Assembly: GCA_934167695.1 (NCBI GenBank)
Contig: CAKPLP010000001.1
Coordinates: 31,806-95,805 of the forward strand
DNA: 64,000 nucleotides
DNA from: an uncultured Bacilli bacterium
GTDB taxonomy: Bacteria > Bacillota_I > Bacilli_A > RF39 > UBA660
Reading direction: 5' to 3'
Positions 47,903-57,525 of the stretch are shown here, piece by piece (within the stretch, counting starts at the first letter, position 1; each line of letters opens with the position of its first letter). Both the position numbers and the translations under genes were made by a program. The notes under the pieces are model-generated. The model did not search any database. It saw only the letters and a list, made by a program, of their open reading frames with translations, and had not been told where the DNA came from.

Positions 47903-50764
47903 ATGGCTCAAAAAAAAGCGTATAATAAAAATAAGAAAGAAACTACATCAACAAAGAAATATCAAACTAAAAATTTTAAACAAAAAAGTACTAATACAAG
48001 AGCAAAAATTAATGAAAAAAACAAATCAAATAAAAATAGTAAAAATTTATGGATACCATGGATAGTATTTTGTTCAATAATATTAATTTTATGTCTTGTT
48101 AAACTAGGAATACTAGTTACAGCATTTACAGCAATCTTAATGATTTTAATATCAAGTATAACCTATCTTTTAAAGAACATTAAGACAAATACTAGAAAAA
48201 AGAAAATAATTAATATTCTTTTAATTATCTTCCTGACATTATTCATTGTAGGATTACTCGCATTTGGAGCATTTCTAATATATATAACAGTAACGGCTCC
48301 AAAATTTGATCCAAAAGCATTAAATACTAAAGAGTTATCTATACTTTATGATAAAGATGGTAATGAATATGCTAAGCTAGGTAGTGAAAAAAGAGAAAAA
48401 GTTAAATATGATGAACTTCCTCAAGTATTGGTAGATGCAATAATTTCAACAGAAGATTCTAGATTCTTTAGTCACAACGGTTTAGATGCACCAAGATTTA
48501 TAAAAGCAACAGTAGGACAAGTATTAGGAAGGTCAAATGCAGGTGGTGCATCAACCCTTTCAATGCAAGTGGTAAAAAACTCATTTACTTCTACAACATC
48601 TAGAGGTATTAAAGGTATTATTCGTAAATTTACCGATATTTATCTAGCAGTATTTAAACTAGAAAAAAATTATACAAAAGAAGAAATAATTGAATTTTAT
48701 GTAAACAATCACAGTTTAGGTGGAAATATATATGGTGTTGAAGAAGCAAGCCAAGCATATTTTAACAAAAGCGTTAGTGAATTAAACTTAAGTGAAGCAG
48801 CAATAATTGCAGGTATGTTTAAAGCACCAAACTATTATAAACCAACTTCTAACCCAGAAAATGCTGCAGCAAGAAGAAAAACAGTTTTATATTTAATGAA
48901 AAAGCATGGATATATTACTGAAAAACAAGAAAAAGAAGCCAACTCAATTTCAGTTGAATCATTAACAGGAGCATCATCCGGAGGAACAAAAAGCTCAGAT
49001 AATCCATATCAAGGATATATTGATACAGTAGTTGACGAATTAGAAGACAAATATGGAGTAAATCCTTATACAACATCAGTACTTGTATATACAAACTTAG
49101 ATAGATCAAAACAAGATGGCATTAATGATGTAATAAATGGAAAAACATATACATGGAAAGATGATCAAATCCAATCAGGAGTATCAGTATTAGATAGTGA
49201 AACTGGAAAAGTCTTAGCAATCGGTGCTGGTAGAAATAGAAAAATAGGAGATTTCAATTACGCTACTCAAGGAAAAAGACAACCGGGTTCTACAGCTAAA
49301 CCATTATTCGATTATGGTCCTGGTATTGAGTACAATAACTGGTCTACATATACTCTATTCGCAGATCAACCATATTCATATTCAAATGGAAGATCAATAA
49401 GTAACTGGGATAATTCATATATGGGTACAATGACATTGAGAAGGGCCCTAGCACTTTCACGTAATATTCCAGCATTAAAAGCATTCCAACAAGTAGATAA
49501 TTCAAAAATAATAGAATTCGTAGAAAACTTAGGAATAAAACCAGAAGTAGAAAATGGAAAAATTCATGAAGCACATGCTATTGGAGCCTTCACAGGTACT
49601 AATCCATTAGAAATGTCAGCTGCTTATGCAGCATTCTCAAACGGCGGTTACTATAATGAACCTTATACCGTATCAAAATTTGTTGATCGTGAAACTGGAG
49701 AAACTGTTAAACACAAAGAAAATAAGAAAAAAGTAATGAGTGAAGCAACAGCTTATATGATCAGTAGTGTATTACAAGATGTAGCTTTAACTGGTGGTTC
49801 TATTAAAAACGTTGCAGCAAAAACTGGTACTACAAACTTTGATGAAAAATTTATAAAAAGCCTAAACCTTCCATCAGATGCAATCCGTGATTCATGGGTA
49901 GTTGGTTTTACAACAAAAACAGTTATCGGTATGTGGTATGGTTATGATAAAACAATAAGCAATCAATACTGTTTAAGAAACTTACCAGCATCAATGGCAA
50001 AAGATAGATTATTTAAAGCTTATGCAGCAGGAGCATTTGAAAATAATAAAGAAGAATTTAAAATGCCAGACTCTGTAGTAAAATTACCAATAATATCTGG
50101 AAGTAACCCTCCAAAAGTTGCACCAGAAGGATATACAGGATCAGTAGTATACGAATTATTTAAAAAAGATGCTCAACCTGAAGAAAATACAACACAAGAA
50201 GAAACTAAACTAGCTAAACCGGGTAATTTAAAATCCACATATTCAAATGGCAAAGTAACATTGACATGGGATGCAGTTAGCGCCAGTGCAAATGAAAGCT
50301 ATGGAGAATTAGGTTATAATATATATTTAGGAGATACACTAATAACATTTACAACAGGAACAAGTTATACATATTCAACAACACAAACAGGAAATTTAAC
50401 ATTTAAAGTAATTGCAACATATAAAAGTTACTCTGCACTAGCAAGTGATGCCGCAACAACAACAGTAAAAATAGAAGCAACCCCAACGACATCACCAATA
50501 AAATACATTATAGAATACTACTGTGGTACTAAACTGTTAACATCATCAGAAAAAACAATTAATTCAACAACACAAACAATAACAATTAATACAAAAGATT
50601 TAACAAGTATTAATCCAACAAACTACGATCCAGCAACAACATGTACACAGAGTATAGATTATCAAAAAACTAATCAAACATTTACAGTTTCAAATAATAG
50701 TACAATTAAAATATATTATACAGAAGGAGCAAATCAAAATAATAATCCTTCTACTACACCATAA
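47903..50764 (+). CDS. ponA: bifunctional class A penicillin-binding protein 1A (glycosyltransferase/transpeptidase) with a C-terminal FN3-like extension
   Basis: GT51 motifs EDSRFFSHNG and RKxxE, transpeptidase motifs SxxK (STAKP), SxN and KTGT, and a C-terminal ~230-aa Thr/Ser-rich beta domain. Confidence 0.85.
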   Translation: MAQKKAYNKNKKETTSTKKYQTKNFKQKSTNTRAKINEKNKSNKNSKNLWIPWIVFCSIILILCLVKLGILVTAFTAILMILISSITYLLKNIKTNTRKKKIINILLIIFLTLFIVGLLAFGAFLIYITVTAPKFDPKALNTKELSILYDKDGNEYAKLGSEKREKVKYDELPQVLVDAIISTEDSRFFSHNGLDAPRFIKATVGQVLGRSNAGGASTLSMQVVKNSFTSTTSRGIKGIIRKFTDIYLAVFKLEKNYTKEEIIEFYVNNHSLGGNIYGVEEASQAYFNKSVSELNLSEAAIIAGMFKAPNYYKPTSNPENAAARRKTVLYLMKKHGYITEKQEKEANSISVESLTGASSGGTKSSDNPYQGYIDTVVDELEDKYGVNPYTTSVLVYTNLDRSKQDGINDVINGKTYTWKDDQIQSGVSVLDSETGKVLAIGAGRNRKIGDFNYATQGKRQPGSTAKPLFDYGPGIEYNNWSTYTLFADQPYSYSNGRSISNWDNSYMGTMTLRRALALSRNIPALKAFQQVDNSKIIEFVENLGIKPEVENGKIHEAHAIGAFTGTNPLEMSAAYAAFSNGGYYNEPYTVSKFVDRETGETVKHKENKKKVMSEATAYMISSVLQDVALTGGSIKNVAAKTGTTNFDEKFIKSLNLPSDAIRDSWVVGFTTKTVIGMWYGYDKTISNQYCLRNLPASMAKDRLFKAYAAGAFENNKEEFKMPDSVVKLPIISGSNPPKVAPEGYTGSVVYELFKKDAQPEENTTQEETKLAKPGNLKSTYSNGKVTLTWDAVSASANESYGELGYNIYLGDTLITFTTGTSYTYSTTQTGNLTFKVIATYKSYSALASDAATTTVKIEATPTTSPIKYIIEYYCGTKLLTSSEKTINSTTQTITINTKDLTSINPTNYDPATTCTQSIDYQKTNQTFTVSNNSTIKIYYTEGANQNNNPSTTP

Positions 50765-50769
50765 AAGCA

Positions 50770-50800
50770 TTTCAAAGTAGAAATGCTTTTTTATTTAATT
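50770..50800 (+). terminator. intrinsic terminator after ponA
   Basis: AAGCATTTCaaagtaGAAATGCTT is followed by TTTTTT. Confidence 0.55.
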
Positions 50801-50888
50801 ATTGAATTAACTATATCTTGATATATAATCTTTCGTATTCTCTTCATAGATATAGATTCAATTAATTGATACAATAAAAGAATTATTC

Positions 50889-51527
50889 CTATTCTGAAAT
50901 AATTCTTTTATTTTTTTCCTTACATATATTAATCAACGAACAATTATTACAAGATGGTTTTATTGCTTTACAATAGTATCTCCCAAATAATACTAATTGT
51001 TTATGTCTTTTACACCAAGTTTCCCTTTTAAATTTTCTTTTTAACTTTTCTTCTATTATAAGAACATTATCTTGCATTTTAACAAGTCCTAATCTTTTAC
51101 TAACTCTCTCCACATGAGTATCAACTGCAAAAGCAGGAATATTATAAAATTCACTAAAAAAAACATTAACAGTTTTTCTACCAACCCCCGGGAAAGATTC
51201 TAAAATTTTTCTATCAACTGGAACATTATCATTAAATTCCTCATTAAGAATTTTGGCGATTTCTTTTACATACAAACTCTTTTTATGAAAAGATCCTAAT
51301 GGTTTTAATATATTTTCTACATCAACAATATCAGCATCCTTCAATAATTCTAATGTTGGATACTTATTAAATAAAATACCAGTAACCTGATTTACCCTTT
51401 TATCAGTCGTTTGAGCACTTAAAACAATAGCAATTAAAAGTTCATAATCTTTGTTAAAATTAAGTTCACATACTGGATTAGGAATTAGCTCATCAAGATA
51501 TTCTCCAATCTGCTTAGTTCTATTCAT
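50889..51527 (-). CDS. nth: endonuclease III
   Basis: An HhH-GPD fold (LPGVGRKTVNVF) and a C-terminal 4Fe-4S cluster loop C-x6-C-x2-C-x5-C. Confidence 0.85.
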   Translation of the reverse strand: MNRTKQIGEYLDELIPNPVCELNFNKDYELLIAIVLSAQTTDKRVNQVTGILFNKYPTLELLKDADIVDVENILKPLGSFHKKSLYVKEIAKILNEEFNDNVPVDRKILESFPGVGRKTVNVFFSEFYNIPAFAVDTHVERVSKRLGLVKMQDNVLIIEEKLKRKFKRETWCKRHKQLVLFGRYYCKAIKPSCNNCSLINICKEKNKRIISE

Positions 51528-52191
51528 CAAATCCATCATCATCCTCAAACCAATTATAATCAAATAATTCCTCTTTTTCTTCCTTTTCCTCTTTTTTCCT
51601 AAATTTATTTCTATTTTTCTCTACATCATCCTTAGTTTTAATACCCTTTTTACCCCACTCATACAATATTTTATCAATATACCTTAAATTATTAACCCCA
51701 TTAAAAGTAGCCTCTTTAACAGCTTCTTTAATAAGCTCATCACTATGTCCACCCAAAGTCCAAGCCTTAATAATTTCATACTCCATAGGACTTAAAGTTC
51801 TACCAAATTCCTTTTCTATAAATTCAAAACAACTAGAATCAACATTATCCTCATTAGAAAAACTATCCAGCATCATCAAAGAAACCTTCTCATAAAAAGA
51901 ATTTAATGAAATTACCTCTTCACTAGTATTCTTTTCATTATTTACAACTTTTACATCAATATAATTTTTATCACTCAAATTAGAAATGAGCATCATAACA
52001 TCTTTAACATTAATACCCAAATCCTCTCCAAATTTATTAGGATTAAATGGAATCATATCACCCAAATTATACAAATACATCAAAAATATAAAATCTTTAT
52101 ATTCTAAATGAAACTTATCAAAATTTTGTAACAAATAAAGAGGAATTACTACATTCCCATATTTAAACAAATTAATAAGCTTTTTGTCCAT
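51520..52191 (-). CDS. dnaD: DnaD-domain replication initiation/membrane attachment protein
   Basis: 223 aa with a C-terminal DnaD-like DDBH2 domain (YEIIKAWTLGGHSDELIKEAVKEA). The dnaD-nth adjacency matches Bacillus. Confidence 0.7.
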   Translation of the reverse strand: MDKKLINLFKYGNVVIPLYLLQNFDKFHLEYKDFIFLMYLYNLGDMIPFNPNKFGEDLGINVKDVMMLISNLSDKNYIDVKVVNNEKNTSEEVISLNSFYEKVSLMMLDSFSNEDNVDSSCFEFIEKEFGRTLSPMEYEIIKAWTLGGHSDELIKEAVKEATFNGVNNLRYIDKILYEWGKKGIKTKDDVEKNRNKFRKKEEKEEKEELFDYNWFEDDDGFDE

Positions 52192-52224
52192 ATAGTAAAA
52201 CCTCCTTTTTCGCCAATTATAATA

Positions 52225-53322
52225 TCATACTTTTAAATAATTATCCATACAATACTTAATTAAAGAATCTTTATCATTTTCCAAACTGCCGCTTAAAATC
52301 ATTTTTTCTAAATTATCATAAATATTTTTCAAATAAGGACCCGGTTTTTTATTTAAAATTTTAACAATATCATCAACATCTATACAAATATCTCTTCTAC
52401 TATGAATTAATAAACTACTATATACTTTAGTTATAGTAACATTTGAGATTCCCTTTATTTCACCAGCAACACTGTTAACATAAAGACCATTTTTATATAA
52501 ATAATATGGATCAAGATTATCATGTACTAAAGCATCTTGAACTCCTACAATTAATTCCCTTTCATTATTACTAAAATGATAAATATCACAAACATCAAGA
52601 ATAGCCCATATACCTATTAAAGAATCAGTATATGTAACCTTCTTTAAATTAGGAATTTCTAAATCAACATCAAGTCCTAATTTTAAAATAAGTTCTATAC
52701 CATATTTAGCATTACTACAGGTAAATATCTTATCTAATTCCTCTTTTTTCCTTTCATAAGAAATATTTTTAAGTAAATGTTTGTTTTTTTCAATAGACTT
52801 AACTACATCATCATCCAATTTAAAGTTAAGCTTAGCAGCAAAACGAACAGCTCTCAATATTCGTAAAGCATCATCTGAAAATTTTTTATTACTATCACCA
52901 ACAGTTTTAACTATTTTATTATCTATATCATCTTTACCATTAAGTATATCAATAATATTTTTATCTTTATCCATACACAAAGTATTAATAGTAAAATCTC
53001 TTCTTAAAATGTCTAATTCTAAAGAATCGATATATTCAACTTCTTCTGGTCTTCTATTATCCACATACTTTATTTCTCTTCTAAAAGTAGTAATTTCAAA
53101 TCTAATATTTTTATAAAATAATGTAACAGCACCATAATCTTCCTTAGGTATCTTTGCATTATCAAAAATTTCTAGTAATTCTTTAGGTTTTGCATTCGTA
53201 CAAACATCTATATCATTAGATTGAATTCCTAATAAATAATCTCTAACAAAACCTCCAACTAAATAAGCCGAATATCCAGCATCATTTATTTTTTGTAAAA
53301 CTTTTAAGCTATCTTCTAGCAT
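52225..53322 (-). CDS. cca: CCA-adding tRNA nucleotidyltransferase
   Basis: GGFVRDYLLG...DIDV is the polymerase-beta head. I trimmed the start to MLEDSLKV. Confidence 0.8.
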   Translation of the reverse strand: MLEDSLKVLQKINDAGYSAYLVGGFVRDYLLGIQSNDIDVCTNAKPKELLEIFDNAKIPKEDYGAVTLFYKNIRFEITTFRREIKYVDNRRPEEVEYIDSLELDILRRDFTINTLCMDKDKNIIDILNGKDDIDNKIVKTVGDSNKKFSDDALRILRAVRFAAKLNFKLDDDVVKSIEKNKHLLKNISYERKKEELDKIFTCSNAKYGIELILKLGLDVDLEIPNLKKVTYTDSLIGIWAILDVCDIYHFSNNERELIVGVQDALVHDNLDPYYLYKNGLYVNSVAGEIKGISNVTITKVYSSLLIHSRRDICIDVDDIVKILNKKPGPYLKNIYDNLEKMILSGSLENDKDSLIKYCMDNYLKV

Positions 53323-53406
53323 AACATCCTCCTTAAAGCCTATCTCACTTATATTATACAACAAAAAGAAAAAGACAAAAAGACCTTTTTATCTTTGACC
53401 AAACTA

Positions 53407-54039
53407 TTATTCATTAATATTAAGACCATTAGAAGTTGTAGTTGTATCCTCATCATTAATCTTTTGAGTTGCTTCTATTCTAAGTCTTACTTTAAATTTA
53501 GTTCCCATCACAGCATTATCAGCACTATCTGCAATCCAAATATGTAAAGTATAATTTTCCTCTAATGCTGGAGATAAAGTACCAGTTCCAATACTTCTTG
53601 TAATAAAACCGTCATCATTTGTAAAAGCAGTGTGAACAGTAAGTAATGAAGGATTGGCAACCTCTCCACCTTTAGTTAACGAAAACTTAATATATTTATC
53701 AGGCATTCTAGGAGCATCACTTATAGTAACATCATCTAAATAAATTGCATAATCACTATCAATATTACCAGTGTTTTTTATAGTAAAATTATATGCAGTA
53801 GTAGAAAGCCCCTCTTCATCACTAATAGGTTCTGCATTTGAAAGAGTAATAGCAGAAGAACTAGTATCATCAAAAGTTATTTGTAACTCCCCACTAGTTA
53901 GAGTAATTTCTTTTTCACCTGTAACAGTAAGTTTATAAAAAGCATAAGAACATCCAAAAAGTAAAACTATTGCAGCCACCATAACTCCTATAATTAATTT
54001 ATTAGGATTTAAATAAAACTTATTTTTCATTAGCATCAC
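53407..54039 (-). CDS. hypothetical secreted protein (N-terminal signal/TM; possibly a TasA/SipW-cognate-like class)
   Basis: 210 aa; after the hydrophobic segment it reads YAFYKLTVTGEKEITLTSGELQITF. The family assignment is tentative. Confidence 0.35.
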   Translation of the reverse strand: MMLMKNKFYLNPNKLIIGVMVAAIVLLFGCSYAFYKLTVTGEKEITLTSGELQITFDDTSSSAITLSNAEPISDEEGLSTTAYNFTIKNTGNIDSDYAIYLDDVTISDAPRMPDKYIKFSLTKGGEVANPSLLTVHTAFTNDDGFITRSIGTGTLSPALEENYTLHIWIADSADNAVMGTKFKVRLRIEATQKINDEDTTTTSNGLNINE

Positions 54040-54128
54040 ATACCTTCACGATTATTATAACAAATTTATATTTGAAGGTCAAAACAAATACTAATTAAAA
54101 CAAAAAAAAAGCCACAAGGGCTATTTTT

Positions 54129-54404
54129 TTATTCATTAACAGCATCTTTTAATGCAGAACCTGCTTTAAAAGTAATTGCTTTACGAGCAGCGATTTGAAC
54201 AGTAGCTCCAGTTCTTGGATTACGTCCTTCACGAGCAGCTCTTTCTGATACAGCAAAAGTTCCAAATCCAACTAATGGTACTTTATCACCTTTTACAAGA
54301 GCATCAGTAATTGTTTTAAATGTAGCATCAATAGCACGAGTAGCATCTGCTTTAGTTAATCCTGCTTCTTCAGCTACAGCTTCAACTAATTCAACTTTTT
54401 TCAT
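54129..54404 (-). CDS. hup: DNA-binding protein HU
   Basis: 91 aa, a near-canonical HU sequence (GFGTFAVSERAAREGRNPRTGA). Confidence 0.95.
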   Translation of the reverse strand: MKKVELVEAVAEEAGLTKADATRAIDATFKTITDALVKGDKVPLVGFGTFAVSERAAREGRNPRTGATVQIAARKAITFKAGSALKDAVNE

Positions 54405-54516
54405 AGTATTAATATACCTCCCTTAGATTTATTAAGCACATACCATGCTTACATATATAAACTTATCACGAGTTAAATCAAAATGCAACAAAAATGACTA
54501 TATTTTACAACAAATT

Positions 54517-54855
54517 TCACTTTCTAAGCTTACTATTTATATCATTTAGAATATTAACAACATGACCAAGCCAAAAAATGAACATACAAATAATAAAACT
54601 TACAAACCAAGTCATAATAGTTAAAGAAATATTAAACTCAGTAACTACACAATTAGTACTATATAATCCTCTAGATTGACAAGATGGAAAAATGTTTCCA
54701 AGAATAATACCACCAAAGAAACTAACAATCATTATTAAAAATGATACATACTGATAAAAATTAAAAGGATATTTTTCAACTTCTTTTATTTTTCCTTTAA
54801 CCTTTGGTAAATCTTTTTTCTGCTTATCTATTTGTTCAAATAAATCATCTTTCAT
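54517..54855 (-). CDS. hypothetical small membrane protein
   Basis: 112 aa with 2 TM helices. Confidence 0.4.
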   Translation of the reverse strand: MKDDLFEQIDKQKKDLPKVKGKIKEVEKYPFNFYQYVSFLIMIVSFFGGIILGNIFPSCQSRGLYSTNCVVTEFNISLTIMTWFVSFIICMFIFWLGHVVNILNDINSKLRK

Positions 54856-55497
54856 TTACTTTTCCACCTTCTTACTATCTTTTTTATTCTTAGCTTTACT
54901 ATCCTCATAGTCCTTATATAAATATATATATCTGCCAAACAAAATAGTATAAATAGCATCAAATAATGATAAAACAACACCATCAAAGTTAACTGCACCA
55001 ATTAAATTTACAAGTAATACTAAACCACTAAGTGTACAAATCATATAAAAATACCATTCATTCTTTATTTCATCAAATGGAGCTTTATAAAGTTTTAATT
55101 CCTTCCAATACCTAGTATCCTTAATAAAAGTATAAATCATATAAAATAATATAATAAAATTTAATAATAAATTAGCAAGACTAGCAATTCCAAATGATTG
55201 AAAAATAGTAAGAAAAGCCGCAAGAACCATTAATAAGTACAAAGCAATATAAATAACATTTATAAAATTAAAATATTTTTTACCAACATTAGACTTAATA
55301 AAGCAGAAATATACAAGTCCCAAAATATATGTAGTATTATGATTTAATAAACTTCTAACAGTATTAACAGTACCTATATTATTTTTAACAGCAAAAGCCT
55401 GACTCATTATAATAGTTATTAAAATAACAGCAATAATAATAGATGTTAAAATATTAGGATTATCATACCATTCCTTCTCTGTTTGAATTCTTTCCAT
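54856..55497 (-). CDS. hypothetical polytopic membrane protein
   Basis: 213 aa with 5-6 TM helices. Confidence 0.4.
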   Translation of the reverse strand: MERIQTEKEWYDNPNILTSIIIAVILITIIMSQAFAVKNNIGTVNTVRSLLNHNTTYILGLVYFCFIKSNVGKKYFNFINVIYIALYLLMVLAAFLTIFQSFGIASLANLLLNFIILFYMIYTFIKDTRYWKELKLYKAPFDEIKNEWYFYMICTLSGLVLLVNLIGAVNFDGVVLSLFDAIYTILFGRYIYLYKDYEDSKAKNKKDSKKVEK

Positions 55498-55670
55498 AAC
55501 TCACCTCTCCTATTTAAATTATAACACTTATAATTTATTATATAAAATATTTGTCAAAATTTCTTAAAAAAGACAAAATTATAGACAATAAAATGTAAAG
55601 TTATAATTTCATATACCATTTACAAATTAGGCAATATATGTTAAAATCTGTACAGAAAAGAGGTGGGAAT

Positions 55671-56978
55671 ATGTTACCAACCGTTGCACTAGTAGGACGT
55701 CCAAATGTTGGAAAATCTACCCTATTTAATAAAATCGCAGGTAAAAAAATATCTATTATTGAAGATACCCCGGGTGTAACAAGAGATAGGATATACGAAG
55801 AAATAACATACAATAATTATAAGTTCAATTTAATAGATACTGGTGGAATTGATGCCACCGAAATGACATTTAATGATGAAATAAAAATGCAAGCAGAACT
55901 TGCAATAAATGAAGCAGATATTGTGGTCTTTATAGTAGACGGAAAAGAAGGACTAACAGAAAATGATCGTATTGTTAGAGATATATTAAGAAAAAGTAAA
56001 AAAGAAGTAATTGTAGCAATTAATAAAATTGATGTAAAAAATGCTCAAGACAACATATATGATTTTTATGAATTAGGATTCAACACCTACATACCAATAA
56101 GTGCAATTCATAATACTGGTTATATTGATCTTATGGACAACATCTGTAAAGACTTTAAAAAAATTGAAAAGGAAGAAATAGATCCTAGATTAAAAATATC
56201 TATTATAGGAAGACCAAACGTTGGAAAAAGTTCATTAATGAATGCTCTTTTAAATGAAGAAAGAGTTGTAGTATCAAATATCGCAGGTACAACAAGAGAT
56301 TCCATAGATAGTGTTTTAAAATATAATAAAAAAGAATACATTTTAATTGACACAGCAGGTATGAGAAAAAAAGGAAAAATATACGAATCTGTTGAAAAAT
56401 ATAGTTTAATTCGTTCAATGCGTGCCATAGATAGAAGTGATATTTGCCTACTAGTTATAAATGCAGAAGAAGGCATAAAAGAACACGACAAACACATCGC
56501 AGGATATGCCATAAACTCAGGAAAAGGTATAATAATTGTAGTAAATAAATGGGATACTATGAAAGATGAAACAATAAATGACTATAAAAAGAAGATAAGA
56601 AATGAATTTCAATTTATGCCTTATGCACCAGTCGTATTTCTTTCAGCATTAACAAAAAAAAGAATATCTACATTAATGCCTGAAGTTATAAAAGTAAGTG
56701 AAAATATTACAAAAGAAATAAAAACAAGTTTATTAAATAATGTTATTAATGAAGCCTATCTTTTAAATATTCCACCAAGCTATAAAGGGAAAAGATTAAA
56801 AATATACTTCACAAATCAAACAGATATAAAACCACCAAAATTCACATTTAGAGTAAATGATAAAGGTTTAGTACATTTCTCATATGAAAGATATCTAGAA
56901 AATAAAATAAGAGAAAACTTTGATTTAACAGGAACACCAATAACACTACAATTCAAAAACAGAAGGGATGATGATTAA
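55671..56978 (+). CDS. der: ribosome-biogenesis GTPase Der (EngA)
   Basis: Tandem G-domains (GRPNVGKSTLFN and GRPNVGKSSLMN) and a KH-like C-terminus. I set the start to MLPTVALVG. Confidence 0.9.
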   Translation: MLPTVALVGRPNVGKSTLFNKIAGKKISIIEDTPGVTRDRIYEEITYNNYKFNLIDTGGIDATEMTFNDEIKMQAELAINEADIVVFIVDGKEGLTENDRIVRDILRKSKKEVIVAINKIDVKNAQDNIYDFYELGFNTYIPISAIHNTGYIDLMDNICKDFKKIEKEEIDPRLKISIIGRPNVGKSSLMNALLNEERVVVSNIAGTTRDSIDSVLKYNKKEYILIDTAGMRKKGKIYESVEKYSLIRSMRAIDRSDICLLVINAEEGIKEHDKHIAGYAINSGKGIIIVVNKWDTMKDETINDYKKKIRNEFQFMPYAPVVFLSALTKKRISTLMPEVIKVSENITKEIKTSLLNNVINEAYLLNIPPSYKGKRLKIYFTNQTDIKPPKFTFRVNDKGLVHFSYERYLENKIRENFDLTGTPITLQFKNRRDDD

Positions 56979-57162
56979 TTTGTTATTTAATTTTTCTAAA
57001 AAAAATCCTGAAAAAGAATTGGAAAATCTGAAAAAAGCATACGAAATATTAAATGAAAGATACGAAAAAAAGACAATAACATTAGAAGAATTCACAAAAC
57101 AATGCAACGATCTAACTAAGAAAATAGAAAAATACCAAAAACTAGTTAATAAAAATAACTAA
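56971..57162 (+). CDS. hypothetical small helical protein
   Basis: About 63 aa, charged and helical, overlapping the der stop. Confidence 0.3.
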   Translation: MINLLFNFSKKNPEKELENLKKAYEILNERYEKKTITLEEFTKQCNDLTKKIEKYQKLVNKNN

Positions 57163-57201
57163 AAAGATACTTTCTACATATACTTATGTAGGAGGTTTTT
57201 T

Positions 57202-57441
57202 ATGTTTGGAGATAATTTCTTTAAAAGAGTTGAAAACAAAACCAATGTCGATAAAAATACAATTCTTAATTTAGCAAAAAAATTACAAAATTCTAATATG
57301 AAAGATGAGAGTACTATAAGAGAAGTAGTAAAAGAAATAAGTAATTTAACAGGAAAAGAAGTTAGTAAAGAAAAAGAGGACAAAATAGTAAACACCATTA
57401 TTAACGACAATGTTCCTAAAGATATTGATAAAATGTTTTAA
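57202..57441 (+). CDS. spoVIF: stage VI sporulation protein F
   Basis: 79 aa; FFKRVENKTNV...ILNLAKKLQNSNMKDESTIREVVKEISNLTGKEVSKEKEDKIV aligns block by block with B. subtilis SpoVIF as I recall it. Confidence 0.6.
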   Translation: MFGDNFFKRVENKTNVDKNTILNLAKKLQNSNMKDESTIREVVKEISNLTGKEVSKEKEDKIVNTIINDNVPKDIDKMF

Positions 57442-57452
57442 TTTATCAAAAA

Positions 57453-57492
57453 TAAAAGAACTTAGCTTTAATTAGTTCTTTTTTTATTTTAC
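57453..57492 (+). terminator. intrinsic terminator after spoVIF
   Basis: AAGAACTtagctttaattAGTTCTT is followed by TTTTTT. Confidence 0.5.
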
Positions 57493-57525
57493 AAACATAA
57501 ATTTAATTGAAGAAAGGAAAGGATT

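Noticed and set aside
54129-54404. Locally elevated GC in the HU gene, which could suggest horizontal transfer
   Set aside because: HU is a very highly expressed core gene, and the GC and codon bias reflects translational selection. Flanking synteny (spoIVA...hbs, der) is the native Bacillus-like arrangement.
55601-55813. 70-aa minus-strand ORF overlapping the der 5' end
   Set aside because: It is antisense to a strongly conserved GTPase gene and has no RBS. It is an AT-rich chance ORF.
57174-57410. 78-aa minus-strand ORF
   Set aside because: It is antisense to spoVIF, which has recognisable homology; this ORF is spurious.
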